Assembly: GCA_001179505.1 (NCBI GenBank)
Contig: CDMY01000368.1
Coordinates: 1 to 64,000, forward strand
From: Vitrella brassicaformis CCMP3155
Lineage: Eukaryota > Protista > Chromerida
Direction: 5' to 3'
Length of the DNA: 64,000 bases
Shown: positions 36,101 through 49,400 of the stretch, one piece after another
How the letters are laid out: every line of letters starts with the position of its first letter
Numbering within the stretch: position 1 is the stretch's first letter
The notes under the pieces: generated by a model
What the model was told of the DNA's origin: nothing
Database searches by the model: none
What the model saw: the letters and a program-made list of their open reading frames with translations, nothing else
Made by a program: the position numbers and the translations under genes

Positions 36101-39100
36101 TTAGTTGGTGTTATTCTTGGCGCTCCCACTGCTGGTAGTCGGCGTGTGCATCGCGGTAATAGGCTTCCTCTGGTATCAGACTACTGCTCTCTCGTGGATC
36201 GACCCGCTCAAGTAACCAACCCTACACACCTGCGAGGCGTCTGGTGAGTACGAAGGCATTGTTATCTTGGTGTGTGTGTGTCAGGTCGGTGATGATAGAC
36301 GAGACGGTCAAGACGCTGGAGGGAATCACGGAGGACAGGGCCCAGTCCACCGCCAACATGATCAACGTGGCCGTTGGCGCCCTCCTGCAGACAAAACTGT
36401 CCAGTAAGCCCACTCACACCAACACAAACATACAAGTTTGTCTGTCTCCCTTTCTACCTGTCTGTCTATGTGCCCGTCTGCCCTATATATAGGTGAGAGG
36501 TTTTTGTCGGAAAACACAATCAACGAAACCGACTTCAGTGTGACGCTGGGCACCGACCTTATGGTAAGCTACCTGTCAGGTGTGACGTCCTACATCGAAC
36601 CCAAGGCCTACTACCCAACCCCATACACTGGCAACACCAGGCTGCGCATACTGTCAGGCACGTTCCAAGAATGGATAGAATCGACATCCCCATGGATACA
36701 TATCTGTCTCTGTCTCTCTGTCCCTTCGTGCATGTATCATCAGCCGGCAGCATGAGCACGTCCGGTTCCAGGTTGACCAACTCTGCCGGTGGTACAGTGC
36801 CCGCCTACACCGACAGCAGTGTGGTCTTCTTCCGGTCGCAGCCGTTCCCCCTCCATCCCATCATCGACTGGCGGATCGACATTACCTCACACATGGACAC
36901 CATCTTCAAGAGCATCTACCACTCCGCGCCTATCAATGCTGTCTTCCTGGCGCTACAGGCCACCACGGCCGCCCCCCTCCAGCTGTTCCGATATTACCCG
37001 TATTACGACACTTTTCAAGGATTGGCTGATCGGTCAATGACGTGTTATGATGGGTCGCAAGAGAACGGCTACCGGCCGGAGTGTTTCTCCTGGTACAGAC
37101 GGGCGGTTGCATCCTCCGGGCAGGTGGTGTTCAATCCGGCTGAATACGACCAAATACAGCAACAGCAAAGCGTAAGCTCAACGACCAGACCGCACACACC
37201 CACGACGAGAGGGAGGACAACACCGTCTGTCGTGTCAGGTGATATTGTCGGCGAGCATCCATCATTGAGACACAGCAGAGCTGCTGGGTGTGGTGGGCGT
37301 GTCCCTCGACATCGCCGAGCTCGAGGACCGCTGGAGCAAAGAGGACATGAAGTACTTTGACAGCACCAAGAGGTACCCCTTCCTCCTCGACGACAGCAAC
37401 AACGCCCTCATCCACCCTGACTCACAATTCACCCGCAAGATCGCAAACACATCCTCCCTCAGCCAGCTAGAGCCCTCTGTGCCATCCTCTGTGCTGACAT
37501 CGCTATCTAATGCCGAGATGCGCACCACCAAAGTCACCAAAGGCGGCGAGAGATGGTATGTGAGCTATCTCCGACTGGAGATGACCGTGGCCAGCAGTGT
37601 GGTGGGGACGGCCAGCAGGTGGGCGTGCTGCTGTACGTATCAGATCTATCTGGCATGAGAGTTGAGGCTATCTATATGCTGTCTGTATGCGACGCAGGAT
37701 CGACGTGAGCACCAACACGGGCAAGAGGCGGAGCTACACGCCGTATAGGATCGGGTGGATGGTGAAGGAGCAGCTGATGAGCCAGGAGGCCGACGACCTC
37801 TCTGACAGCCTGTTGGCTCTCCTGCGGCGGATGCTGACGATGGCCATGATTGTGTGCATTGTGGTGGCGCTGCTGATCGGCGTCATCGCCACACTCGCCG
37901 CCCTCCTCTTCGTCGCCCCGATTGTTCGGCTGGGCGACTACATGCACACGGCAGAGGACAATAACTACACGCAAGACCTCGCCCCATACCAACAAAACAG
38001 CCTTTTCATGGTCGGTCAATGAGTCGATTCCCCGATGGAATGAGCTCCCCTCCCGATGATTCCCTCTCTGCGTGTGTATGATGTCTCTCAGGTGCATGAA
38101 TTTGCCCGCCTGTTGTCGACCGTCGAGGATCTGATAGTGGCGCTGCGGTTCGGCAACCAGCAGTGGTCCAAGGGGTCTGCGAGCAAGGATTTGGCCAACT
38201 ACCAGAGGGCTATGAGGATCGTGCAGCGGACCGGCAACATGAGGGGCCAGGGGGTGTGCCACGACAACCTGGCCCTGACACTGATACGGACGCAGGACCA
38301 CAAAGACCCCCAGAGCGGCAAGACGGCCCTCGAGCTCATGAATGAGGCGCTGCAGTTCGCGTACCAGCACATCATTGTAAGTAACCACAGACACAGAGGT
38401 CGCCAGGCATCTATCTGCGTGTGGGGGGGTTTTCGTTCAATGAGCAGCACACCCAGCAGGAGGGTGACCACAGCAGCCACATCGACGCGCTTGACAGTCA
38501 GGGCAAGCGGCTGCTGGGCAAAGCCAGGATACTGATGTCCACGGGCAAACAAGACAGCATCAAGGAGGCCATGCAATGCGCCGAGCAGGCCATCGACAAA
38601 TTCGTGGAGACGGGACATATCCACCACGTCGTAAGCCACGCAGCCCCACCAACCAGCGGACAAGAGAGAGGTTTTCATGACAGGGTGTACGTGTTTGATC
38701 AGTCAGATGCGTTAGACCTCTTTCGGTCGGACATTGAGAGTCTGGCTGCGGTCACTGTAAGCGGCGATTGGCATCCGCTGCGTTCGCTGCAGCCGCTGCT
38801 GCAGCGAGTCATGCTCCTAATCGACACACACCTACAAGTAGGAGCAAGACTGAAGAGAGACACACATGAATGGTGTTTTCCTTTGCTTTCTGTGCGTGTG
38901 TGCAGAAAGCCGCCCCCGGGTGTGTGTCTCCGACAAATGTGTCGGGCCTGTGGGAGCTGGTCGCTGACGCCGCCCTCACGTACCGTACTGCACGCACACA
39001 GCCAGCCACGCCGACGTGCAACAAATGTGTGTGTTGACGTGGGTGCAGGCTGTGTGCGGTGGAGTGGTTTCTGTATCTGAATGGCATGGCGGCTGAGGAG

Positions 39101-40771
39101 GGACAGACACCGGAATGCCTCAAATACGTATGCTGGTCAGTCCGTCGACACAGATAAAGGGAGGGGAAGGAGAGAGACATCCCTGCCCATCTCCCTCTCT
39201 CTCTCTCCCTCTCTCTCTGTGTGTCAGGATTGTTGCCCGCTGTCCTGTGCTGAAGCTGACGACTTTGCTAGAGACCTCTGCTGCTCTCAAGGCACTATAC
39301 CAACCACTCTGTATGCAATGGGCGGAAGCAGCCCAGCCCATTTGCAGTCACATGGATACGGACATGCCTTTCTGTCACCTGACCTGCCAGGCCCCACTGA
39401 CGGTTCGTGGCACCGGACAAGTGAGGACATCGACACATTCGTCGACTCGGGCATCGCACTGGTCAAACAAAGGTAAGCAGGGGGGTACGTAGCTCCCTCC
39501 CTCCCTCCCTCTTCCTCTCCCTCTCCTCTCTGCGCAGACAGACACATGCTTACATACACACACAGACATTCATGGATATATGTCGCAATTGGTATGCCGT
39601 GTGCAGGGGTGGGGCTTTCGTCGAGCAAGCAGGCGTCAGGGAGCAGGCGAGGAAAGACCTCTCCACCTGGAAGTATGGGCCGTACACACTGCAGATCACC
39701 AAGCACCGGCCGCCACCCAGCATCGACACCAGCAGCGGGGGGGATCTCAGGGGCGCCCTCAGTCGCCTCTCGGCTGCCGATCGCACGAGGTGCATCGAGT
39801 GGGTTTGGGGATTCTACCGCGAGAGCGTCCGGGGGCCGGCAAAGGACATCATCTTTGTGCTGGACAAGAGCGGAAGTATGGCTGGCGCACGGGTAAGTCA
39901 GCCGTGTGGGAGTACAGACGGAGAAGCCGTCTCGTGTGCTTGGGGTGTGTGTGTGTGTGATAGGTGCGTGTGTGTCTGGAGTCCATGTGCAAGATCCTGA
40001 GGGACTTCCTACAGCCCTCAGATCGATTTGCTTTCTACTGGTTTAACACAAGGTGGGCAGAAGAGACACAGCATGAAGGACGGCCCGGCCCCTGCATGTC
40101 TCGGTCAACCAATGTGCTATAATAACATACCTCCACCCACCAGGGTGCAGCAGCTGAGGGCCCTCAGCTCCCGTGGGGATTCCACTGCCTGTGCCGCCGA
40201 GTGTGAGCGCATCACAAACGAAAACAGATGTGGAGGCGGCACCGCTTTCTTCGACGCCATCCTCCAGTCAGTCACACACACGAAGGGAAAGAGCCGCTAT
40301 GGAATGAATGCATGTTGTTCATGTGTGTCTTGGCCGTGTGTGTGGTGCAGGGGTTTGCATGAGGCCAGCAGCAGTGAGGAGGCGGCGAGGCGTGATCAGT
40401 GGGTGATAGCTCTGACAGATGGGGGCGACAACAGCAGCCGTAGCAGCAGTGTGGGCGAGGCGTGTAGCTTGTTGCGGACACACAAGGGGCTGCACCTTAT
40501 TATCATTACTGTCGGCAAGGAGTACAGCAAAGACAAAGTAAGAGCGGGAGGAGGGAGGACACACACCACACCACACACACATAAGAAAGAGCCAGCTGGA
40601 CGGTGTTGTCTGTCTGTGTGTCTCACGAGACAGAACGAGATGGTGCTCAAGGCAGCGAGGGACAACGGCTCTCACGGGGTGCATGTGAGTGCTGATGACA
40701 CAGGGCAGCTGCACGACGCCTTCAAGCGGGTGGAGCAGCTCATCGAACAGGCCAACATTGAGTATCTGTGA
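33111..40771 (+). CDS. Receptor-like 4-TM protein: TM-dCache-TM-HAMP-like, P/Q/A linker, TM-dCache-TM-HAMP-like, TPR-like helices, C-terminal VWA; apparent in-frame TGA at 37266-37268
   Basis: TM1 LKLLFASLVTLGFVAYAAVLAGFFFVI; Cache1 YIPTSRPW|YTTARSGQGTVQHTNPY..MITL..FIGVAASHM; TM2 VLIIYFVSLIVAIVFCVGIVLLYIPLAKRIAVPLEYVANEAEKI..EVTVLRGRFRHML; TM3 LVLFLALPLLVVGVCIAVIGFLWY; Cache2 LFRYYP..YRPECFSWYRRA..LLGVVGVSLDI..YPFLLDDSNNALIHP; TM4 MAMIVCIVVALLIGVIATLAALLFVAPIVRLGDYM..EFARLLSTVEDL; NYQRAMRIV..GQGVCHDNLAL; VWA IIFVLDKSGSM..GGTAFFDAI..VIALTDGGDN..LIIITVG. Confidence 0.8.
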
Positions 40772-41010
40772 TTCACTGATGGGCTGTTGTTGCATGCATA
40801 CCCGGAGGCACACATGCATTGATTGCATTTGTCATCATCAACGAGTCAGTCCATTAATCATAGGATCAAAAATCAATCCACACGTACGGACACTCTATCC
40901 TCACACACACACACACAGACAGACACAAACTGCCGGCCCCGGACTGACTGTACAGAAGGCCGGCAAACAGACCATCTCTCCACCCACATCGACACACCAC
41001 ACCCACCCCC

Positions 41011-43281
41011 TCACGCCCTCAGCTCTTTCTCCCTCTCTTTCAACACTGTCGGCAGCACGTCAAACCCATTGGGCTTGTCAATGCCAAGCACCTCCAGTGG
41101 CTGACCACCATACTGCTCCGAGCGGAGCGCTTCATTCGCAGACGCCTCTCTGTCGATGGCTTCGTCGTCATACGGCACCACACCATCGGGTGTGAGTGCC
41201 CTCAGCAAATCCACCCCGCCCCCAAAGACAGCCGACTTGACCAGCGCCGCCCGCACAGCGTTGTTGAGCTTGGTGAAGAAGCTCAGCGAGAAGGCGATGC
41301 GCCGTGTCCAGGTCTCGTGCTGGTCGTTATGCGGAAGGCCGGGCCATCCGGCCAGGAACCCCGCCCACATTGGCAGCTCGAGGTTGAAGAAGCCCCGGAA
41401 GAATGCCCGCAGGTTGTGCACGTTCTGCTGCATCAGGAACTCCCCACCGAACACAGTGAACTCCCGCTGACGCCTGAACTGCGCGGGCCACAGAGCGGCG
41501 TAGGCTGTGCGGGCGGCACGGTCGGGGGCAAACACGCCGTCGATCGGCTGACGGATCTGCACACACACACACGCACACACGGACAGAGGGATTGACCTCT
41601 GTTTTCGTCTGGCTGCAACCAAACACACACACACACACATACAAACGCACCTCTTTGGCGATAGCCTCGGCTGTTGGCGCCACTCCCGACATCATTCGGC
41701 AGATCATGTAGCCTGTGGCCGCATGCACCACCCCTGCCGCACCACCAAATGCTATCACCTGAGTGAGCCCAGCCCAACCACACGCGAACACCCCCCACAC
41801 GACCACATGGGCAGTTCGTGTCTGTGGGTCAGGCCTGTAAGTCATCTAGATACCCACCCGTTGGTTTCGTTTGGGTATGGCGCCCCCCATGGGAATGTAG
41901 CAAAACTCCTCCTCCTCAATCTTCTGCGGCTCGACACCTGAGTGAGCCACAGGCACCCGTCACGAGCCTGTGCTTGTCTGTCGGCCATGGGTACAGGTGC
42001 CTATCCCGGCTCACCGAGGTATGCGAGTCTCTTCTTGAATCTCTCTTTGCATTCGTCAAAGGACATGGGCGGCCGCGCCACGAGTGAGGTCTCCTCCAGA
42101 AAAATGCGGCGCAGACCGCTGGCCGACTCGCCGAACGGCATCACATCTGGCAGACACGCAAGCCATGTCGGTGTGAGCTGAAGCTCCGTGTGCCTGTAGT
42201 GACTGCATTATCTGCTCACAGAGGAAAGTGGGTTCCCTGACGGCCTTGTCAAGGTCGGTCTGCATGGTGGGCTCTCCCTTCTGCGCCTCAGTGATGTAGT
42301 CGGTCCGGTAGTCCATGAAGAGCATCGCCCCCTCGTCAAATGGGTGCCGCTCACACTCACACATGATGCCATAGGCGATCTGGAAACCAGGGTCGTGCCT
42401 CCCGTCCCGCTCAATCAGCTTCGACTCGTGGCCAGTGCAGTCCACAATCAGCTTGGTCCGCAGTTCGGTGCTTCTGCCGTCCTGGAGCCGCACAGAGCTG
42501 CCAGTGTCGTCGTGCCGCACAGATGAGGGGTCGATAGCAGTGTCAAGCATGACCACTCCGGCTTGCTGTGCGTGTGCGCGGAGTCGCTGCTGCAGCTTGA
42601 TGCGATTGACGCGGGCGTATGGCCTGTGGATGCGGAGGGGTGTGGTGCCGCCAGGGTCGAGAAAGAGGTCAGTCTTCTCCCACCGATGGTCCAGACACTC
42701 ATCCACACCCAACTGAGTCAAACATGCCAGGCAGGACACACACGGAGAACGGAAGATGTACGGGGGCCACCGCGAAATGTCGTGGTCAGTCACTACGTGA
42801 CACACACCTGCAGCTGTCTTTCCACGGCTTCCCACTCGGCCACCCACACGCCGTAGTTGTTGGGCCACCTCTCGTGTATCCTCGGGTCAATCATCACCAC
42901 ACGCAGGCCGTACCTCTTGGCCAGCACGGCACCCATGGCAGTCCCAGCCGGACCAGCACCCACAATCAGCACGTCCGTGTCCATCGACAGAGGAGTTGCG
43001 TCGACAGACGCATCGGCCTCGTTCGCTGTGGCCGAGAGAGCGGACAAAGGCGACGATGTGGGACTCAGTGAGTGCCTCCTGATGCCATCCAGCCGCCTCC
43101 GGAACCGGTGATCTGGTGATGGTGTGGCACGCTGAACATCCTTGCGGCTGGCAGAGGGAAGGCGAAGGGATGCGGCATAGTGGGAAGGCGCGATGAAGAG
43201 AGATGTTGCAGATGCGACAGCCATTCTTATGCACGCCATGAACGCTGCAAAACGCCAGATCTGCCGGCCCTCTGCCGCCAT
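41011..43281 (-). CDS. lcyB: Lycopene cyclase (CrtL/LCY family, most likely beta-cyclase), plastid-targeted
   Basis: DVLIVGAGPAGTAM (FAD-binding), WPNNYGVW, HRPYARVNR, LIVDCTGH, FQIAYGI, MLFMDYR, PTFLYAMP, IFLEETSLVARP, EEEEFCYIPMGG, GGAAGVVHAATGYM. Presequence ..MAVASATSLFIAP followed by a Ser/Arg-rich transit peptide. Confidence 0.93.
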
Positions 43282-43473
43282 CGGCTCGACTCGCTCCCCA
43301 TGGGGTGTTAGGGCAGCTCCCGTTCACACGAAATCCAACGTTCAACGTTCAGCTTGAATCACGGCATCAGGCTCTTGGGAGCCGCAGGGGCTTCGTTGTT
43401 TTGACCCCATTCCACCGTGAGGGCCACGTGCCAAGTAATGGAATGCGCCATTCAATGACATTCACTCTGTCTG

Positions 43474-46400
43474 ATGCAGACGGAGATGTTCCCAGGCCAT
43501 TCGACGCTGTTTGCCCTCCTCATCTGTGCTGTGCTGATTCCACATACAAGGGGTATATCCCACTCACAGTGCACCATAACAAACAGCACCAGAAATGTTT
43601 GCTTTTCGCCTGTGTGCATTTCATTGGCAGCTGTGTGTGGCGACGGCGTTCGGGGTGGGGACGACTGTGATGACGGGAATGAGGTTGACGGGGATGGCTG
43701 CTCGGGGGCGTGCACCATCGAGACCGGCTATGAGTGCGACCCCAACAGCAATCCATCCATGTGTGCCTCAACATGCGTTGGGGAGAGCGCCCTCATAGTC
43801 TGGAGCCCTCCCAATAGACGTTACAGCGGCAGCAATGTTCTCGACCCCGGAAAGCAGTACAAGGTGCCGAATAAGGAAGAATGTGCCCGTCTGTGCCTGT
43901 CGAGACACGACTGTGCTGTTTTCGAGTGGAAGAGCCCGACCGACCTGTGCGCCATGGCTGGAACAAGCAACCTAGCGGACAACCCAGAGACGGCAACGTT
44001 CTCCGGTCGTAAGGTTTGTGTGGAGCAGTGCAGCGCTATCGATCGGCCTGAAGAGGAATGCTATAGTGAGCAAACACAACCGCCACAACCAGAGAGACAC
44101 AGGTGTGTTGGGTGTGCCATTTGGTTGGTTTGTTGTGTGTGTAGGTTTTCCCTGCCGCATCGAGTGGGAGTGGCATATGGTGCCCAACTTTACCGGCTTT
44201 CACCAGCACCCCTTCAGCTGCCAAGACGACGCCCTGGTGGGAGCCAAACTAATCCACGTTGGTACGTTTGTGTGGACTTACAGTGGCATCAAAGTGCCTG
44301 TATGTACATGTATATATGAACGCATGTGCAGGCAGCGATGCCGCCTGGCAATATGAATGCTGCCCCCAGCCCAATCGGACGACTTTAAGCGATGAGACAG
44401 AGGCGTGGACAGACGAAATCGGAGCATCAAGCTGGAAGGTGTATGTCCAAATGTTCAACCCGGACTCGCCCATCTCATGCCCCGACAACAGCGTACTCAC
44501 AGGGATGCACTTGAAGAAGCTTGACGGGCCAACCAGGACGCAGTGGGAGTAGGTGGGGGGCAGAGATGGTTCTTGAACTTCTTGCAACCCATTGACGTGC
44601 TGCGTGGGACAAATGTGTTGATTCTCAGGTACAACTGCACGGATCTCACGGCCTACACCCAGACTCAGCGGGACAACATCTTCTGCCAGTGGCACTCCGT
44701 GGCCACCGGTGCTGGTCATGGCTCCATTTTTACGCGTAAGGCATTTGACGATTTACCCTCCCATTCAGCACGTTCTTGTTCCCTTTGTGCTGGTGGGTGG
44801 CTGAATGCAGCCGATTCCTGGCGTGAACTGGAACACGCGCCACTTTCGTGTGAAACTCATGAAGCCTTGAATTTTGTGAATATGACAGTCGATTGGCAAT
44901 CAGGACCTGAATGTAAGTCAGTGAGAGAGCGGGCCGCGTGAGCTCTCCTTCCTTTTCTCTTTCTTTGATCTTTTTGTTTCTTTCTGCTTGTTCAGCCTCG
45001 TTTGATGTGACGTTTGACTACCGATGCTGCTCTGTCACCTTGTGTGGCGACGGATGGGTAGGACATGAAGAGATATGCGACGATGGGAATGTCGTCAATG
45101 ATGACGGATGCCGTGACAACTGCACTGTCGAGCCGGGATGGCTATGCCTTGTGCCAGGCAGCCCCTGCTGTAAGTCTGGGAAGAGAGACAGATCGATATC
45201 ATTACAATGGCTTGCATTCTTTGTATTTTTCTGAAGTTTCCGTGACGACAACGTCTTCCCCCACGCCGACACCCTCCCCCACCCCGACACCGTCCCCCAC
45301 CCCGACACCCCTTCCAACGGCGCCGCCAGTGGACGACTGCTACTGCTCGGAGGGATCCGGATGCGGTAAGCGCACCCGAAGGGGACAAAATTATGCTTCA
45401 CTCGGGCTATGACTGCTCTACTCTATAGACAACTCCGTCTGCAGTAACTGCAGGATTCGATTCGGTGACGTTCTCGAACGTTGCACGAGACTCGCGCTTA
45501 CTTTGTTTTGTATTCAGACACTCCGGTTCGGTACGCCTGCTACGCCAATTGGACCTCCGACCAGTGTATGGAAGCCGGCGACAACTACACTTGGTGCGGC
45601 GGAGGTGAGCCATTCACCACGTGCCTATACCATCCATCCGCCTGATGTGTCAGGGACAGCTTCCCCTCCGGTTGTCACCACACCGCCCACCGAGGTCACG
45701 TCCCCGCCCACAAGCCCTCCCTCCTTCATCGACAATATCACAGACGACGACGTCGGCAAAATCAAGGTGACCACGGGTATACAATGCACAAGCCCTTCGA
45801 CACTCACTCTCTCCATTGACGTCGCTTCTGACAACAGGAAGGGGATTCGCTCAATGACACGGAAGTGGGGAAGGCGATCGATGAGCTGCTGGAGGAGGAG
45901 GAGGACGCACCGCCAATTGACTCTGTGGACGCCTTCGCCGATCGGCTGGTGCGTGCGATCCAAGTGGCCGCTGCGCTCAAGAACGCAAGCAGAGACAGCA
46001 GCCTTCCCAACGGCACCGAGGGAGACACCAAGGCGCAAAAGCGAGTGATAATGAGGGCACTACTCAAAGACCTCAACAAGGCACGACGACCAACATCCTC
46101 TTGCCAGAGCGTCTCTGTGCCACTCATCGTTCCACGTCGTGTATGGTGTCTCTCATTCAGGTGGCCACCGAGCGAGGACGTCTGGGTGACGTGTCGAGCA
46201 GCGGAAGTGAGGTGCTGCTGTCCGCCGCTACACTCGCCACAACCATCGAGGCCGCTGACGAGGCCGAGACCGACGAGATCGACGACACCGCAATGGCCGT
46301 CAACACATTCGCCTCACTCGTCACTGTCTCGAGGCGCGCCATCGCACAGACCGACAACGCGACACCACAAGAGAAAGCCAAAGCCCTCAGTGGCGTCGGC

Positions 46401-49400
46401 CATTATCTTGATGCGGCCGCGGGCCTCTTCAGGCAGCTCAACCGCACGGCCAAGTCGCTACGGGCACCGAATCGACGGCTCAGTGGAGACGGAGCCACAC
46501 CGACATATAACGATATGGCGTGGGACATTCGCAACACGACGAGTCAACTGGGCGACAGCTTGGTGTCTCGCGTGGCTTTGCTCGAGGAGGGCAAGCGCAG
46601 CGTCGAAGTGGCGAGTGCCGAGGGCGGGACAAGCATGCGGGTGGCAACAAGGGACCAAGCTGACGAGGCCATGCTCTCGATGGGGACGGCCGAGCAGAGT
46701 GTGGCCGTCGGATTCCCATCAGCAGTAGACTCGTCGACCACCAACTGCGGCGGGCAAATGAACACCGCTGAGAGTGTGCAGCTGGTGTGGTGGTCCGACG
46801 ACCCATTCCAATATGCCTCCAGTGATGAGCAGCAAGACCCCGCCAACGTGACGACCAACAACACACTCACACGTGCCGCTGCACAAGGCACATTCACCAT
46901 CTCGGTACGCAAGTGAGACGCATCCATCCGTGCCTCCATTCAAGGCCCTTGTCTGCCTCTGCCTCCATTTGTGTGTGCGTGTTCGTACCATTAGGGCCGT
47001 CGGTGCGGTAGCGACATGCAGCTGAGGGCGTCGGCGGGCGGCGAGCCATTTCGCATTTTCCTGCCCCGGCCGCCTTCCCATCAGCTGAGGAGGTCTCTGC
47101 AGCAGACGGCCAACGGCAACATGACAGTGGTCGTCGAGGACGCCTGTGGATTCTGGAACGACACAACAACGCAATGGGACACACAGGGTGGGTGGGTGGG
47201 TCGATGAGCGAGCCAGCAACTTACAGCAGTGGCCGTCTTGTGCTGACAGGCTGTCGTGTGAATGAGGTGCTGTCCAACAGCAGCACGCTGTGCTGCGAGT
47301 GTGACCATCTCACTGACTTCGGCAGCGTCTTCAGGTGACACACCCTCAATGAGTCACTCACCGCACATATATACAGAGATATGTGCGTGCATACTGCAGG
47401 AGTGTGATAGTTGACAGCAGCATAGCGGATGTCTTGGGTGGTGCCGATGAATCGCTCAAGAGGATTGGCGACATCACCGCAATTGTGCAGAACGTCGCCG
47501 GCATCTTCGTTTTCATCATGATTGCCATCCATCTCGTCTGCCTCGCCGTCTCCATCTACTTCGACTGCAAACACCCGTACCAATGCATTCAAGCAGACAG
47601 ACAGACAGACAGACAGACAATGACAGCAGTACTTACAGGGCTCGCTAACACACCCTGCTGTGGTGTGTGCAGCATCACCAATGAAATCCTCTTGGACATC
47701 TGGATGACGGACCCACTTCTGGTGAGTGTACGGAAGACATTCGCCTCATGGCATAGATTCGCATCCTTCTATGCGGCTCACAGGATGCTCGACACACTGC
47801 GGTCAGCACTGGAGGATTCCATCAACCGGGTCAATCTTGTGTTGCCCCTGTTTGTCCTCCTTCGTTGCTTGCGTGCCCATGCCCGTGCGCAGCGTACGCG
47901 TCTGCAGAAGGTCAGCAGGGACTGTTGGAAGGTTGGCCGTCTGTATGTGTGTGTGCATGTGCAGGGGATACATCAATGCAGCCGGAGGGCGTACCACCCC
48001 TTCTGGTGCGACTTCCTGGTGTGCCGCATCGTCGGCGGCTGCTGGCTCTTCTGCAAGCGAAGGGAGCCGACTGTCCACCTCCAGGAGCTCCGGACACTCA
48101 GACAAGTCAGACAAGAGCTTTTGCACGAGCCGCCGAAGCAGCGACCCCGCGAGGACAGTCTCGTCGCCATCGAGCAGGCAAAGCCTCCAGTGGTGAGCAA
48201 CATGCCGAGTTCTACTGACAAGAAGCCATGGTAAAAATGGGGGAGGCAGAGAACGATGTACATCCATTGCGTACTCTCGCTCTTGCATCAGGTCGGATGG
48301 AGCAAGAGTGCGCCGCTTCTCTCTGTCGACTGCCTTGACGGGACATCAAGCGGACACGGCGCAAACAGACAGCAAGAGCCTACGATACCGAGTGCAGGAA
48401 GCCTTACCCAGCTTGACCGATTTCATCAAGTATGCATTCGTCAAGAAACAGCAAGAAAACAGCCCGAGTTCCCGCTTTGAGGTCAAGAAAACGGCGACGG
48501 ACCTCAGTGTCTCGGGCCCTTTACCCAAGCAGGACCCCAATTGGAGCGTCATGCCTCAGTCGCCGCTCTCTCTAGCCGGCGACGAACCATCAGGCACATA
48601 CGGTGCGTCGTCGCCGGCGCGTAGGCGGGCGAGTGTTCAGAGTGTAGATTCACAGGTCAGCGAAGACCACAAGTCTGAGAACGAAGAGCGGGGACCACAG
48701 CAAGGGCCCAGAGGTCTATCGTTTGCGCCGTCCGTGGGCGCCCAAGTACACAGCCCACGCACAGGGTCAATCTCAGTCTGTCTATGTGCACACCCCCTCT
48801 GTTCTGCACCATCAGATGGACGCCAGAGGGATGCAGATATTTCAGCAGCTGATGAGAGAAGAGAAGAGAAATACTGTCAACCTCGTCAAGTGAGGGCCCT
48901 GCCTTTGTCAGTCGCAATGTGCCTGCTACCAATTGCCTGTCCTCGCAGGAGTGGTGTGTTGAAAGAGGCATTGAGGCAGAGACTTCTCCTCGAACTCCAG
49001 CGGCAGCAGGCGGGAGCCGTCTTGATTCAACGGCACTGGCGTGCCCTTCTTACCCGCAAGAAAGGACAGAAGGCCTCGACGCAGTTGAAGGAAGGGGAGC
49101 AGGTTCCTGATATTGAAGACACGCCCTCGGCAAAGCTGTTCGGCCGTCCTCAGAAGAAGGGCACCATCGAAATGGAGGACGAGAGGCAGGGCCAGATGCA
49201 GCCGGAGGAAGGGGAAGAGGAAGTACCGCAAGACGAACGCAAGCACCGGAAGGGATTTGAGGATGTTGCTGCTCCGGCCTCCGACTCTGCCCAGTCACCT
49301 GCCAGCCTGACGAGCCGCTTTCAGACAATGGTCGACTCGGAGGGCTCACCTACCCACACAAACACACAGGAAGAGGAGGATGAGGAGGACGATAACGCCG

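Noticed and set aside
33111-40771. Two-component histidine kinase, chemoreceptor or alpha2delta subunit
   Set aside because: No HisKA/HATPase, MCP or cyclase motifs; the VWA is C-terminal after TM4, not inserted in the Cache.
15220-43281. Carotenoid/plastoglobule gene cluster (ABC1K + lycopene cyclase)
   Set aside because: About 23 kb apart with unrelated genes between; chance co-location is sufficient.
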